64,000 nt of DNA, taken from the NCBI GenBank assembly GCA_037379345.1, contig CM074516.1:13640001-13704000 (forward strand), written 5' to 3'. Below the pieces are notes generated by a model that made no database searches, was not told where the DNA came from, and saw only the letters and a program-made list of their open reading frames with translations. Below are positions 39,748 to 53,001 of the stretch, one piece after another. The stretch's first letter is position 1, and each line of letters starts with the position of its first letter. Source of the DNA: Perna viridis. Taxonomy: Eukaryota. Both the position numbers and the translations under genes were made by a program.

Positions 39748-42700
39748 GTAAGTAAATTTAATTTTTATCGCATAAAACTTCATTTTCTGTCAGGTTTATC
39801 TTTTCTTTGTTTCAATGTATATCAAATTACACAGGAGTAATGGGTGTGTTTGTTAACACATTTTAAATTATAATTTTATTTCAAAAATGTACATGTTCCA
39901 GCTTGTTGCTTTTTATTGTTTCTAATTTTCCATTTCTGCTTAGCATTAACGAATTCTTATTTAATTTAACATGAATGTGGTTTATTGCTGTTGTTTTGTT
40001 TAGCCCGTTGACCTGCCAGTCCCGTTTGACTACGTTAAGTTTCAGATTGCTTTGATCTAAGTTAGCGGTCCATATAGAAGTAGTCTTCATGAAAATATTC
40101 CTGTACCTTGTACTTAAAAGCAGAATGAGTAAATTGAATAAAACTATGATTACTTACCGATTATTATCAAATACTTGTGTTAGTAAGTTTATTCGTATAT
40201 TATCTTTTTTTTTTTTTAGATGGATCAATTTTCGTTTTCAAATTTTCTTTCGTTTTGGGATTTAACTTTATTGAAAACTATTGGACTGTATGAAGTATCA
40301 CATACACATGTATTTATTCCGTACTAATTGATGATACAAGTAATAAGAGACGCACTTAAACTGATGAAAAAATGTCAACATTTGTAAATGTTCATATATT
40401 TCGCTTTAACCTTTAACAAAATAACATTTCACTTGAGTCGTCTATGGTTGACATTTATACATTGTAGTTGGGCAACATTGTTCTAATATAACACCCCCTC
40501 CCCCCACAGAAAAGAAAAATGTACTCATGGAACAGAGTTTAAATCTTTACTGGTTCGATTACCCGTCCCTTGAAAAACAACTAACAAATAATAAAAAAAA
40601 ATAGCAAGAGAAATTGAGATTTAGAAGAAAAGAATTGCATGATCATGCATGATAAATGAAAAAAAAATATATGAATTATATTATCAAATGTCTTGCAATC
40701 GAACTACATGAAATTTTAAGAAAGTGAGTTTTCCAAAAATACTTCATCATTTCGATTGAATCGGGAGGAAGCATTATGCAATTTTTCGTTTTTGCCGCTA
40801 AATCTACAATGCTTGCGTAACAGTAAAATGCTCCCGTGGCTCCGCAGATGTTTAGAATCAACTGCCTCGCCACCACGCTGCGATGACCCTACGATAAGGG
40901 CTGTAAATATTATGTAGATACTCAAATGTTTGAAATAATTAGTTTATTATCATCTAAGGATGACAGGCCGATGAAAGATTTGCACGGTGGGAGGGAGAGC
41001 AGTAATCTGAATCTCGATAATTAATTATATAAAACATATATCGCTGTCAACGATAAATTATAATTACGTTTATCGTGACTATGTCTTTTTTTATCAAATT
41101 TTAGTAGAAGTTGCTGTCTTGAATTCCTCTGTACCATTTAAAATATCTATTATATTTGACTTCTTCTGTCAATGCACGAATGATAACCATATTGTAGTAG
41201 GAAATCCTCTTCGCTCATTGTGTATACAGATCGTCTCAGTGTCCCGTTTTCATGTTTAGATCATGTATTTAGATTTCGTCTTTCTATTTTTAACACTTCG
41301 GTTTTTTTTGCCGATATGCTGAACAAAATGAGCTTACGCGAAGAATATATAAAAGTAAGCATACACGAATGTATCAAAATGCTAAAACACCTTCAGAAAA
41401 TGTACATGATACAGAAATATGCAAACATGGGATTAGCTTTATACGTTTTGTACATGTAGGTATTGGGAGTCGTTTTTTCTTTTCTTTTTTTTTTTGTTGA
41501 TGAAAAACGGGGATTTCGCTGTTATGTTTCAACGTTAATTGATTTCAAAACACGAACTTAAATTACTTAACTTATTGAGTAACAATACATAAAGTGACGA
41601 ACTTTTAGACATGAAATATTACCAGGAGCAATTCCGTCACATTACGATCCAAGCATTCCTATAACATATTTTAGATTTCCCTTTAGAATGTAAAATGCTA
41701 TTAATTCCTCTGTATAATCCAGTTTGATAGGGTTTCAAATTCTTAAATATTATGATAAGCTATGTTTATTGAATGGACATAATTATACCTCAGTTCAATA
41801 TCATTTTAAACTTTAATCCAAAGCATATAATAGCATGGTCTTTTAAACTATCAACGCCAAATATCAGTTACTGGGCTTCTTTGTTGTTTACGGCTTTGTC
41901 CACTGAATACCAATTTTGACGATATAGCATGATGTAAAATATTTATCTAATTAAGGCCTTTTGACAAAGACGTCGGCACCACCGCTCATTAAGGAAAGCC
42001 AACATAAATCATATGGTATTTACCGTAGTCCTTTAGGCCATTCTGTTGGCACCAGACTAATCAGAGGAAGCCAAAATACCAAGTACATATATGATACAGA
42101 AATATATGTGTATATACCCCAAAAAAGAGTAAATACTATGAAAGCTGCACGTAGTCTCTGCACATTGACACTTCGTATTCTTGTTTTTGCTTCAAGTATC
42201 AACTCCTTTTGATGAGATATTGAGTGATGCAAACTATACATTCACAGTTTCATAATTCAAAAACGATAATCTTTAAGAACATGACTGTATTAGTCATGTT
42301 AGTATATACCTAAAAGCCTACTTTGTAATTTGTTATAATAAGCTTGTTTCTAGTTGTAATTTGCACTTTCTGACACCGGTACTTCAAAGTTGTTATTGGA
42401 GGTATCGCGATATAATATGAATTAGTATACATGTAATTGACTGTCAGGCTTTATATCATTACATGTACAGTACTACATGTATTACATATACATGTACACC
42501 TACTAATCCATCTGCACAACATTCTTTCGCAGTAATTGAGAATAAAGAGACCTTAGTAAGTCTACTATGTTAATAAATGTTAACATGATCCCATAAAATA
42601 AATAACATCCAAATGTACATTTACATATACAAGAGGATAATTTCAATGATTTTGTGCAAAATACAGGTACATGTTCATGCTCCAAGGTTGATAAGTTTTT

Positions 42701-43318
42701 ATAACAATATAATGTCTTGTTTTGATTATTGCCAACAATTTGCTTAATTTCCATTGTTTTGGAGAACAGAATAGCAACGTATACTGTGACTTGGCAGTTA
42801 CCTCAAGGTTAAAATCACAAATACCCTTCAAATAGTATCATAATTACGCCCGTTTCTCCAAACTATGGTAGTGGAATAACAGAACACAGCTCGATTATTC
42901 TTTTAATTCCGTTGCGAACCAATTATTATCATTAGCCTAAGGGTAGTTTGAGGGGCCCCTAGCATTATATTTCAGTTATGACGTAAATCTGGTATAAAAT
43001 TTTAAATTATGGCGGGAAAATGATTTCTCTAGATCTTTCATAGGCTTTGTCTTAGCAGTTTTTATGACGAAATTACAAAGATTTCATAAAAAGTTCCGAA
43101 ATAACATTTTAAGGTGTATGTTTTATGAAATTTGGGGTCACTTGGCAAAAAAAGACGATGTGTGAAATGGATAAAACTTGAGGAATCCGAAAGTGTGACA
43201 GAAATGGCTGTACATGACCAGACAACATCCTTAGACTTATACATATAGACCGATGATGAGCAGTGTACGTGTACTTAAACTAACAGTTTAATACAACATT
43301 ACCATGTACTTTTACTAT

Positions 43319-43505
43319 CAGGGGCGTAGCTAGGCCTGTTTTATTTGTACGCAAAATTACGCCGAGGGGTCTGGGGGTCGCTCAAGGCCCCCAGTGAGTC
43401 ACTGCATAAATCCTTTATTTCAACATTAAAATGTGTGTTTTTATTTTTGTTCCTTTTTCCGAAAGTACGCAACTGCGTATTTGCGTATTGGCAGCTACGC
43501 CCCTG
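43319..43505. mobile_element. hAT-like MITE
   Basis: Perfect 13-bp TIR CAGGGGCGTAGCT/AGCTACGCCCCTG, flanked by a direct ACTAT. Confidence 0.8.
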
Positions 43506-45985
43506 ACTATTTTACTGTTTTCACATTTTGTTACAGTATACACGTACATGCAGAATATGGATTTAATCCACAAAAAAGTACATGTACAACCGTAATCATT
43601 ATACTAATCTATTAAAATGATACAGTATGTCAAATTCAACATGTAATACTACCTGTATATAAATTTACCTAAACGAAATCGCTTCTACCCCTCCGCGTTA
43701 GTTTTAAATATGTTTTTTTTATAAATTCGAATTGAAGTCATTTGAAAATATGTATTCATGAATCAGCATTATAAAAGGATTCGTTAAAATCATGTTTTAA
43801 ATTATGATATGAATACCACAGCAGTATGAAACAATCAATAAAAAAAATCAACAATTTTGCGGGTCAGTACAAAGTAACACGAGGAGTGCATACGCGATTG
43901 TTTCCATTAACAAAACATACCAAGGTTCATATGAATAAGTAGCCAAACTTCTGTAAATTACTAGTAAACATCAGAATCTGACAGAAGTCATTAGCAATAC
44001 AAACAGAATACGCTGGCGTTCTCTGCCATCAGATGATTATTAATGTCAAAACTGTGTGTGAATTCATTGTACTTTTGTCGTTTTTGCATGATTCCATGTG
44101 GTGGAATTCGCTAAAAACTAAACCAAAATGTCCCTGCACATTTTTCTTCGACTTTTAACATATGCAAGGATATTCTTTATCCCTTTGAATGATCATGGCG
44201 ATACGTCATATCTTACTCTGCTTTAAAAAAAAAGTACACGCGCGGAGAAAGTCGTACTCCATATTTTCCTCCTTTTTATAGCATTTCGATTTGCAAATGT
44301 CCATACTGTAATCTTTGTCACGTTTGTCAAATTCGCTATTGTACGTATTTTTTTTCTTGAAAACCGAAAACTGCACATGTACATGTACTTCCTCTTTCTA
44401 CAGTCACGTCATTAGCATATTGGTACAGAGAATGAACGCCAACCTTGAATGGCTTAAGATTCCCCAGTTTAAAAAATCGGAGAGGAATGTTCAAGAATAT
44501 ACCTCGTGTATAAATTTGGAGTGATCATATTCTGGTCCATTTATTTGAAGAAGTATAAGTACGTTCGAACCTATCCTGATCATTTTCTAAACAGGCTCAG
44601 TCGGTACATGTGCTTCCGTGAGGTAATTTTTACACTTTCTAACAATTTAAAACCTTTAACAGATTTCAACAAAATAATTACGGGAAAGTGTTGCAACTTC
44701 CTCGCGGAAGTACCGACTGAGTCTGCCCAGAAATCAGCACGAAATGGTCTATTATTGTACCCTATTGTAGCTGACTAAATTTTATTTACATGTACTTAGT
44801 AGACCTTTTGCACGTTGGCAAGTTTAATTGAATAAATACACGTATTCACTATGTTCACAAACATCTTTATTCAGGGACAGACCGTGAGGGGCCGATATTC
44901 AAAATCGATCATCAAATGGGGATAGACTAGACTTGCTTTATTAGTCCCCCTTTATTATATATATACACTATGACGCAGAAAATCTTTGTAATTTACCTCT
45001 CTGATAACGCCACTACTAATTTCTCCTGTAACAATTTAACAGATTTGCTATCAGAGGGATACATGCAATTAATAAACTTTTAAATATATTCTTTAATATA
45101 AAGAGAGGGACTTGTAGCAAGTCTAGGGGAAGACAGGCACTTAATGGTTAAAACTTGTAGCAATTCAATTAACTCCTACCCGAGTCTGGTTCATGGTACA
45201 TAATGCATGTGCAGATCTGTACATGAAGTTTGATCTGTACATCAGAGCTGTACTATTTATACAAGTTTATTAATTGTAATTATTTATTTGTACATGTATG
45301 TTGAACCCATCAGACGTCCTTGGCTTATAACAAATTATTATTTTTGGCCCTATCTAGACAAAAAGTTATAACCTATCTATATATTTTCTTAACTTTAATC
45401 ATCTCTTTTATAATAAGGACACAATAAACTGCCAAGTCAAAATCGAGAATAATGGAATTACAAATAAATAATTCAAATAAACAAATTCTTGAGGTCCTTA
45501 CTAGTTTAATGGTGTGTATGTATTTTACGCTTTTAAGTGTACGGGTACAAACTGTCTGATGTTTGTAGAATCTAGCATTCTTGTTTCCCATTGCTGACGA
45601 TTTGTTAATGAAATGCGTGCGTGAATATTTTACGTTGCACTTTCTTGCGTAAGGCGATTTAGAATTTAATATATATTTTTCAATTGTATGATATGTCCCT
45701 CTATTTTGCGGACAAGTTATGTAAAATCGACAAAAAATCGACGTCAAGCCAAAATCAAGACCAGGCTAAGTTAGACATTGTTAATGAGACAACAACAACT
45801 CTAACCAATATGATTTTTCATCATGAAAGTTATACCCTCGCTTCTTTAGTAAATTATGACATTTTGTTGAATAAAATGATATCGCCAAATTGTAAATTGT
45901 TTTTGATTAGGTTCTATTGTGGCTCGGGTCGTAAAGCTGCATAATTTTCGCTAGACTATTAGCAGATTATACTCCCTTGCAATAT

Positions 45986-46244
45986 CACACTCTACACGTT
46001 GACGAACAGAGTGGGGAAACGCTCTCGGACCCACGTGGGGTCTAGGAGCAGGCCATAGCGTCAACAGAGAAGCCCATCCCCTAGTAGGACATTCTCTAAC
46101 TGAGTTCTTCGGTCGGGTATCCCGAAGACTGGGCTCCGCTACCTCCAACTACTAACAGACATTTACTGACAGAATCCCCCTAAGGGCTGGTTGTGCGTGA
46201 TCCGTAAGGATAGTCAAGACCGTAAAAAAAACCCAATCATCATT
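45986..46244 (+). mobile_element. Short structured retroposon, family H copy B (GRIK intron 1, sense)
   Basis: 9-bp TSD TTGCAATAT (45977-45985 / 46245-46253); CCCAATCATCAT tail; sits directly against an older family-R repeat fragment. Confidence 0.88.
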
Positions 46245-49200
46245 TTGCAATATGACGGGTGACAGAGGCGGAGCAGGACATGCTTACCATGTCAAAGCAC
46301 GTGGTGTCACTGTTGTTTTGTAAGAGTTCATATTACTGGTGATTTAGTATTTGTTTCTTTATTTTCAGTTTTTATATGTTATTTAGTTTATTCGGTTCGC
46401 CATATAGTTTATGTGCATGTAGATCATAATAATTTCCTGTTTTCACGTTCAGACCATTTACTTGGATTTTACGTAACTGAATTGCCCTATTGTTGACGTT
46501 TCGGTATTATTTTTTTTGCCGATATAAAATAGGGCTAACCCTTAGACCGAAAAGACGTGGCACGTTTCAACTTGGTTAATGAAAAAAAACTCGTTTGATC
46601 ACCTAAAGTACATGCAATATCGTCGAAAACAATGTACAAATTTGTAGGTTCAAGAAAAACAGTTAAACAATAAAAATAAACCTTTTCCTTAATGGCAATA
46701 CATTATACGATTTATGACATTCGTGTCCTAGGATGAATCGTTTATACTTGACATAGGGAAAAAACTAACAAATCAAATATCAATTTAACAAAATTAATGA
46801 AAGCAATCATAAAGACGCAATAACAATATTGCCTTCGCTGTAAAAATATTGCCGAATTAATATAAAATTCTATTCCATTTCTGAACGTTACTGGTCACTG
46901 CGACTTCCCGCTTCAAAAAACGTTCGTTATTCTCTATTGGGGTTAACGACCAATTTATTGTTATATTTTCCCATTATGGGTCGTTGTAGGAAGAAAATTA
47001 GAAAACGCACCGTACTAATTTGACATTAGAGAATTGTTTTATTAGCAGTTGTGTCTGTGGTTACCGATTTAAGATTGTTTAAGCAATATTTATAGTTCAT
47101 GTTTGATAACATTTTTTATCTGTTCATGGCCTCTTTTCGGGGACATCGATATGACGATCTATATAATGGTTAATTGTATGTCGTTTCAATCTGATTTGTT
47201 TTCGATTCAATTTTGTTTGATAAAATGTTATTTTTTTCTTCGTCTATTTTGCAATTGGACATAAATTAACGAACTGTTAAATATAAATACAATGCACATG
47301 TGTGCATTTGTACACTATCAAAATGGTGAAGCTGACTATTATACATGTACATATCTACATCGGAACGAGTATAACGGTTCAGTGGTCGTCTTTAACCGTT
47401 GACCCCCTGACATTTGTTGAGGAACAAATAACTTAATTTATATAAACACACCCAGGACCTTTAGATGAAGTCGTGTAAAACGTACATGCTCTTGCGAGTT
47501 GACAACGTACATGGTATCAGAAATAGTAAAGAAATATTCGTCCTCAAAATCACGCACATGTACATACGTTAAGTCCGTTGGGACCGGATGTTTACATTGT
47601 AGTTGGTTGCTCATACGGAGTCCACCCACTATGATCTCCTAGAAAAAGAAGTGGTGCTACAGATGTAGCTACTGTATATTGCATGAATAGTACGAAGTCG
47701 AGATTCATCACCTAGTGGAAGAAGTCCTATCGCTGAATATGTAGCAAATGGACTCTACATGGCGGGTCTTTTCCTCTGTTCGTCAATATTTTTCTTATTT
47801 TGTCTTGTCGAAAAGGTACGCTGAATATGTGTGCCATATCAAAATTAATTCAATAATCTTAAAAACAAGGTATACCCTTGTATGGCATGCTTACCCTTCC
47901 GAAACACCCGATACCACTCGATCCCGTTTTTTTCGTTGAACTAAGTTCATATTGCCAGTTTTTTTTTAGTTTTTGTGTGATGTCTGGTTTGCCTTGTATT
48001 TTATTTTGTTGGCTGCATTGTGCATGAAGCTCGTCTTTGTTTCCTGTTTACACGTTAAGGCCATGTACTTGTATGTCGATGTATTTGAATTATCATATTC
48101 TTGCCTACCTTACACCCACCCTACAACACTACAGTGCCGTGTAAAACTTAGTTCACAAGTACTACCATTCTACAATTCTCTCTAGTTTTATACAACTGCT
48201 GGTGGAATCGATCTCCAGATGTGAAATATCGTTCTTCAATGATAGATAATGCCAGTGGATAAACGAAATGGCAGGTGTATAAAGAAGAGCTTACAAGTTC
48301 CGTTTTACATTAATCTTCCATCATACAACTTGATAAATTAGAGGTTTAACATACGCACGTATTCATAGAACCAGATGTTGAATTGCCATATCGTGCATGA
48401 GCACGTATATCTGACCTTTGAGGGCTAATTAAAAACACACATCGTTTGTCATAAATTTATATTCTACCTGGCATGTCGGGACAGAAATGCACATGGTGTT
48501 TTAGATTTATGACTGCTTTGGAATGTGCAGATATTTTCTTTGTTCAGTTTTCTTTGAAAATGAAGTGAAATGCCATGGCTGCCCCTAAGATCTGGATTGA
48601 TGAATGGCGTATCCTGCAGCCAAGTCTGAAATCTGGAATTGATCTTCGTTTGCATTGTGTATGTTTTTCCTATTGTTATCGAACAAGGCTATCTGAGATT
48701 AATTTTAAAACTTTGAGAGACATTTGCAATGAATTTTATATATTTTATGACGCACGGGGTAATCTGAAATGTCTTAAGTAGTTAAAATTAATTTCTGGTC
48801 TCTACATCTATTACGAATGAGGTTTAACTTAAAACTGTTGCTGGAACAGCTCCAGAAACTGATTTTTAAAAAGGGGGTCCAATCCAGTCATTTCTGAAAG
48901 GGAGTTTCGGGGGTGGGGGAGTGGAGGGCAGATCCAGTCATTTCCGAATTCGAGTTTCAGGCCGTCATTTGCTGTATACCTTTGCCAAAATATTACACAC
49001 AATAACTAAGTAATAACAACAGAACCGAACTGATGAATTATAAATAAAATCGAAAAGGGGGTCCGATCCGTATGATCTTCCCTTGGATCGGCGACTGTAT
49101 ACATTTTGTATAAAATCATGCAATTTATCATGACTTAACATACAGGAATTTATCAACAACTGTAATAATTTAGCCAAACCTTTGTAAAATTGAGTATCTT

Positions 49201-50411
49201 GGACGTTAAATGTACATGTACATGTATATTGATCTGATAATCTGTATACATTTACACTTTATCCGTACCTTTAAAAGGTTATTAAAAGATTAATACAGGA
49301 TTAACCCGCTTTTAATCATTCAAAGGACAAATTTGGTTTTAGGGTGATATAAACGTAAATCGTAACCCTTGCCAAGGGTGAAGCTCTAATTCTTGACAAT
49401 AGCTTTACAGATTTTAGCTTGAAGGACATAAAATTAATGTTATTATGTCTACCAATAATCCAGCGAATTATTTCAATGCATTCATCTGGAATGTTCGAAC
49501 TTTTGACTAGTCATTTGGCCCTTCAAGTATCGGTAGAGACATTTGTAGGACAAAACAAAAATACGAAGGCTTGATTCCGGTATGATTTTCATGACATTTA
49601 GTTATATAAACTATAAAAAACGAATGTTTAACAGAACACCACTTCCATTTATCAAATGCAGTCATATTTCTTTCCGATAAAATAATATAACTTCAAACTT
49701 GAAACCGTTGCCTGGGGACTTGAATTTGCCTTCTATTCAATGCATTTCCTGACGATTGGAGTAGTGCAGTACAACTTTTCAAAGCTAAGTACAGAAATGT
49801 CACGTGGAAATGTAAATGAAATAAATATATTTTCTCTGATATTTCCAACATGCTATCTAGTCAAAAGACAAACATATAAAGTTACAACGTTTAAATTTAA
49901 GCCATAACACCTCTAACAAGATTGCGACATATCTGATCACTCTTTTGCAATCCTTATTGTTAATTATTTTCAATTTGTGCTTAGTTCTTGGTACCTGAAG
50001 GGTATCAATTCCTAAGTACCGTGCTACAAAGCGATTTATCAATGCGTGTAACAATTAAATATTAGCTTCTAAAATTGCAATCTCTGCCATTTATATCTCA
50101 ATCATGATCCGGTTTCTGATAGATGTCGTAAACTTCCGCTAACATCTGCACAGTTTGATTAACTAATTAAACATATTGTAATCGATACGTTAAAATTACT
50201 GATTAGTGACTATGTTAGAAGCAGAAGAAATCAGACTAAATTGATTTCTTTGCGAAAGAATCATGCAGGAATCCGGTCTTTGAGAAATTGACGTGATATG
50301 GCCCATAACTCGCGTATCACATCATGTTAGACTGAGTACGTTTGTAGTATTTTGTTTACCGTTTTAAGTAGCACATCAACTAAGAATCATGCAGATATGA
50401 TTCATTGTTGG

Positions 50412-50960
50412 TTTTGTTTGTTTGTTTGTTGGGGTTTAACGTCCGAGCAGCAATATTTCAGCTATATTCAGACGATGAACATGAAATGGATGATAAAATG
50501 AACATGAAATGATGATGAAATGAAAAAGGGATGGGACACAAGGCCAATGGGGTCGACAAATTTTGATTGCCACTGGAAATAGGGAGAGATGGGTATGGTC
50601 GGGCAATTTAGCCTCCTGTGGCGGAGCCCTATGGTTCCTCCTACGGGAGAATACCACAGTAGGGTTCTTAACGTGCGAGGAACGTGGCATCTTTCCCAAC
50701 ACGGTGCACCACCATGGTTTGCGGTCAGGTTTTCCGTATTATAGCCTGACAACTCCAGTATGTAACACACCAGGGGTACCCCATTCCACCACCTGGGCAC
50801 ACAACCCAGTTGCTCTGTGGGCAGGGCGCCCTAGCCCCCGGCTAAGGTTCTGAGCAATATTTAGTCGCCTTTTACGACAAGCTTAGCGCTGCTGCAGGCC
50901 TATTCTTTTGACACCCGGACCTGCACGGGGCTTCTTTTGACACCCGGACCTTCACGGGGC
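50412..50960 (-). mobile_element. SINE-like retroposon, family K copy 2 (GRIK intron 1, antisense) with a 29-nt duplicated 5' end
   Basis: 11-bp TSD TTCATTGTTGG (50401-50411 / 50961-50971); (AAAC)n tail; 50932-50960 duplicates 50903-50931. Confidence 0.92.
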
Positions 50961-50984
50961 TTCATTGTTGGAAAGCTTACGATA

Positions 50985-51341
50985 TTTTCCCGATGCAGTC
51001 GGAATTGACTTCGCTTTGGCGTCACGTGATACCCATGATGCTTAACCATGACAACGTAACCGATTGAGCTTACAACCTCGCATTTCATTGGACAAAAGTG
51101 ATAGCAACCGTGAAATGCAAAGCTCCATTAGGGGCATTGTTGTCCTGAATATTTTCTATCACGTTGATACATTGAATTATGATCTTTATATACTGATTTA
51201 TTGGAAAAAGCTTACTTGTTGAACCAATTAAATAATTGAATTACTAAACGTAGCACAGTGTTCATACAGTTCACAAAATAAATTTGGAATGAACAAATCG
51301 AGAAAATGCGTCGGCTATCTTTTTGAAAGATTGTACTTGTT
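50985..51341 (+). repeat. Dispersed repeat shared with 6205-6556
   Basis: Colinear match as above; immediately right of the family K copy 2 TSD. Confidence 0.8.
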
Positions 51342-52350
51342 CCATTTTGATATTTTGCTTAAAATTTTATAATAGTAAACAGAAACTAACGTGTTCATCA
51401 TGTAACCATTGGTCTTAGGAAATATAAACTATGTAATTTAAATTAAATAATAGGAGATAACTGTAAATGAGACTGAAATGAAATATGAACTATTTGATTT
51501 TTAATGTGAACTTTCTCCTAATGAAGACAGATTGGAATGAATAATTATATACAGTTCATCATATGGACCCATTTAGCAATACAAATAAAAAAGACTTTTT
51601 TGGAGGCTTACATGTACCACATATTACAGGATTTGCATGATTCTTACAAAGCCTGCTAATTAAGTACAGGTCAACCTTAGAGTCATGAAAATAAAGAAGA
51701 AAAATGATAAATTTATTGTCAAATTCCTTAACAACCCAATTCTTTCAGAGTGTCACATTTCTGAGGCTGGGGAAATAATTGAAATTTTTCAAAACTATTT
51801 AGTTGAATTACATTGAATAGTTCACGCCATTTTTTTATTTCATGTCACTACTTAAAGTTTGACCTTTTCACCTATATAAATTTAAACTATTTCTCCACAT
51901 ACATTTTCCATTATTATTTTCATTCGTTTTCAATTCATTAGATGCATTTACATTATCGTAAAAAAAAATCTGCACGATCCTTAGGTTAAATTGTATCCTG
52001 TACTTAAATGGAGAAGTACTTCTACTAACAGCCGTTTCCAAACACGTGCACTAACACACGTGTACCGCAGTTGATATGGTTGTGGCAAGAATACACAAAG
52101 AAAAATGTAACTATATGAAAAATTATTTATTATTATCTTCACCAAACGAACTTACAATGTACGTTCATCTCCCAATCACCCGCATTACCAAATCTACATA
52201 TACAGTTATGTATTAGGAGATACGTAGATATTATATGTATATATTTTTCACCAACCTCATTTCACTAAAAGCCTCTTTACCCTCCAATACAATTACAGGT
52301 ATGTATTTATGAAATGGATAAAACTTGATTCAGTACTTTTATATTTGCAG

Positions 52351-52509
52351 GTGGGCTCTTTGAAGCAAAAGACAGGGGTGTAGAAATAGCATTTCGGAAC
52401 ACTATGGAGAAAATCAATCTCAGGAACGATATTTTACCACAATCATTGCTCATTTATGATAAATATGCTGATGTTACTGAACAAGACAGTTTTGAAGCAT
52501 CCAAAAAAG
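52351..52509 (+). CDS. GRIK-like coding exon 2 (GGLFEAKDRGVEIAFRNTMEKINLRNDILPQSLLIYDKYADVTEQDSFEASKK)
   Basis: tttgcag| acceptor, G|gtatgt donor, 159 nt phase 1-1; GGLF, AFR..IN and DSFEASKK motifs of the kainate ATD. Confidence 0.93.
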
Positions 52510-53001
52510 GTATGTACATGCTTTAAGATTAATTCTACTTTCCTTGTGTACGATATATATGTATTTTTTTTCCTCCAAGAACTGGTGTCAGTAAATTGCG
52601 ATCTGAAAGCAACTCGTATGGATTGAATGAAAATATCCTTTAAATACAATTAGGCAGTGGTGTTGTCAGAGGGATCTTACAACTGTTTCATAAAACTCAA
52701 CGATGTTTAACATTTTACATGTACATTTACAAATTATATTATTAATTACACATGTTTAGCAAATATTATATTTCATTTGTATCACCATTCATGAGTGACT
52801 TCTTCGGCACATTTTATTTTTCGGAAAGGGAAGTGATGTTCTGATATAAAGGGATTGAGGAATTAATAGAAAACATTTGCCTGTGCAACGAAATAAAGGA
52901 AGTATAGAAAAAAAAAGAATCTATTTCCTCCATTGTAAACACTCCTTATCGAGTGGTAGCAAGGACTTTCAGTAGTAATATTTACTGATTATTACATGTA
53001 A

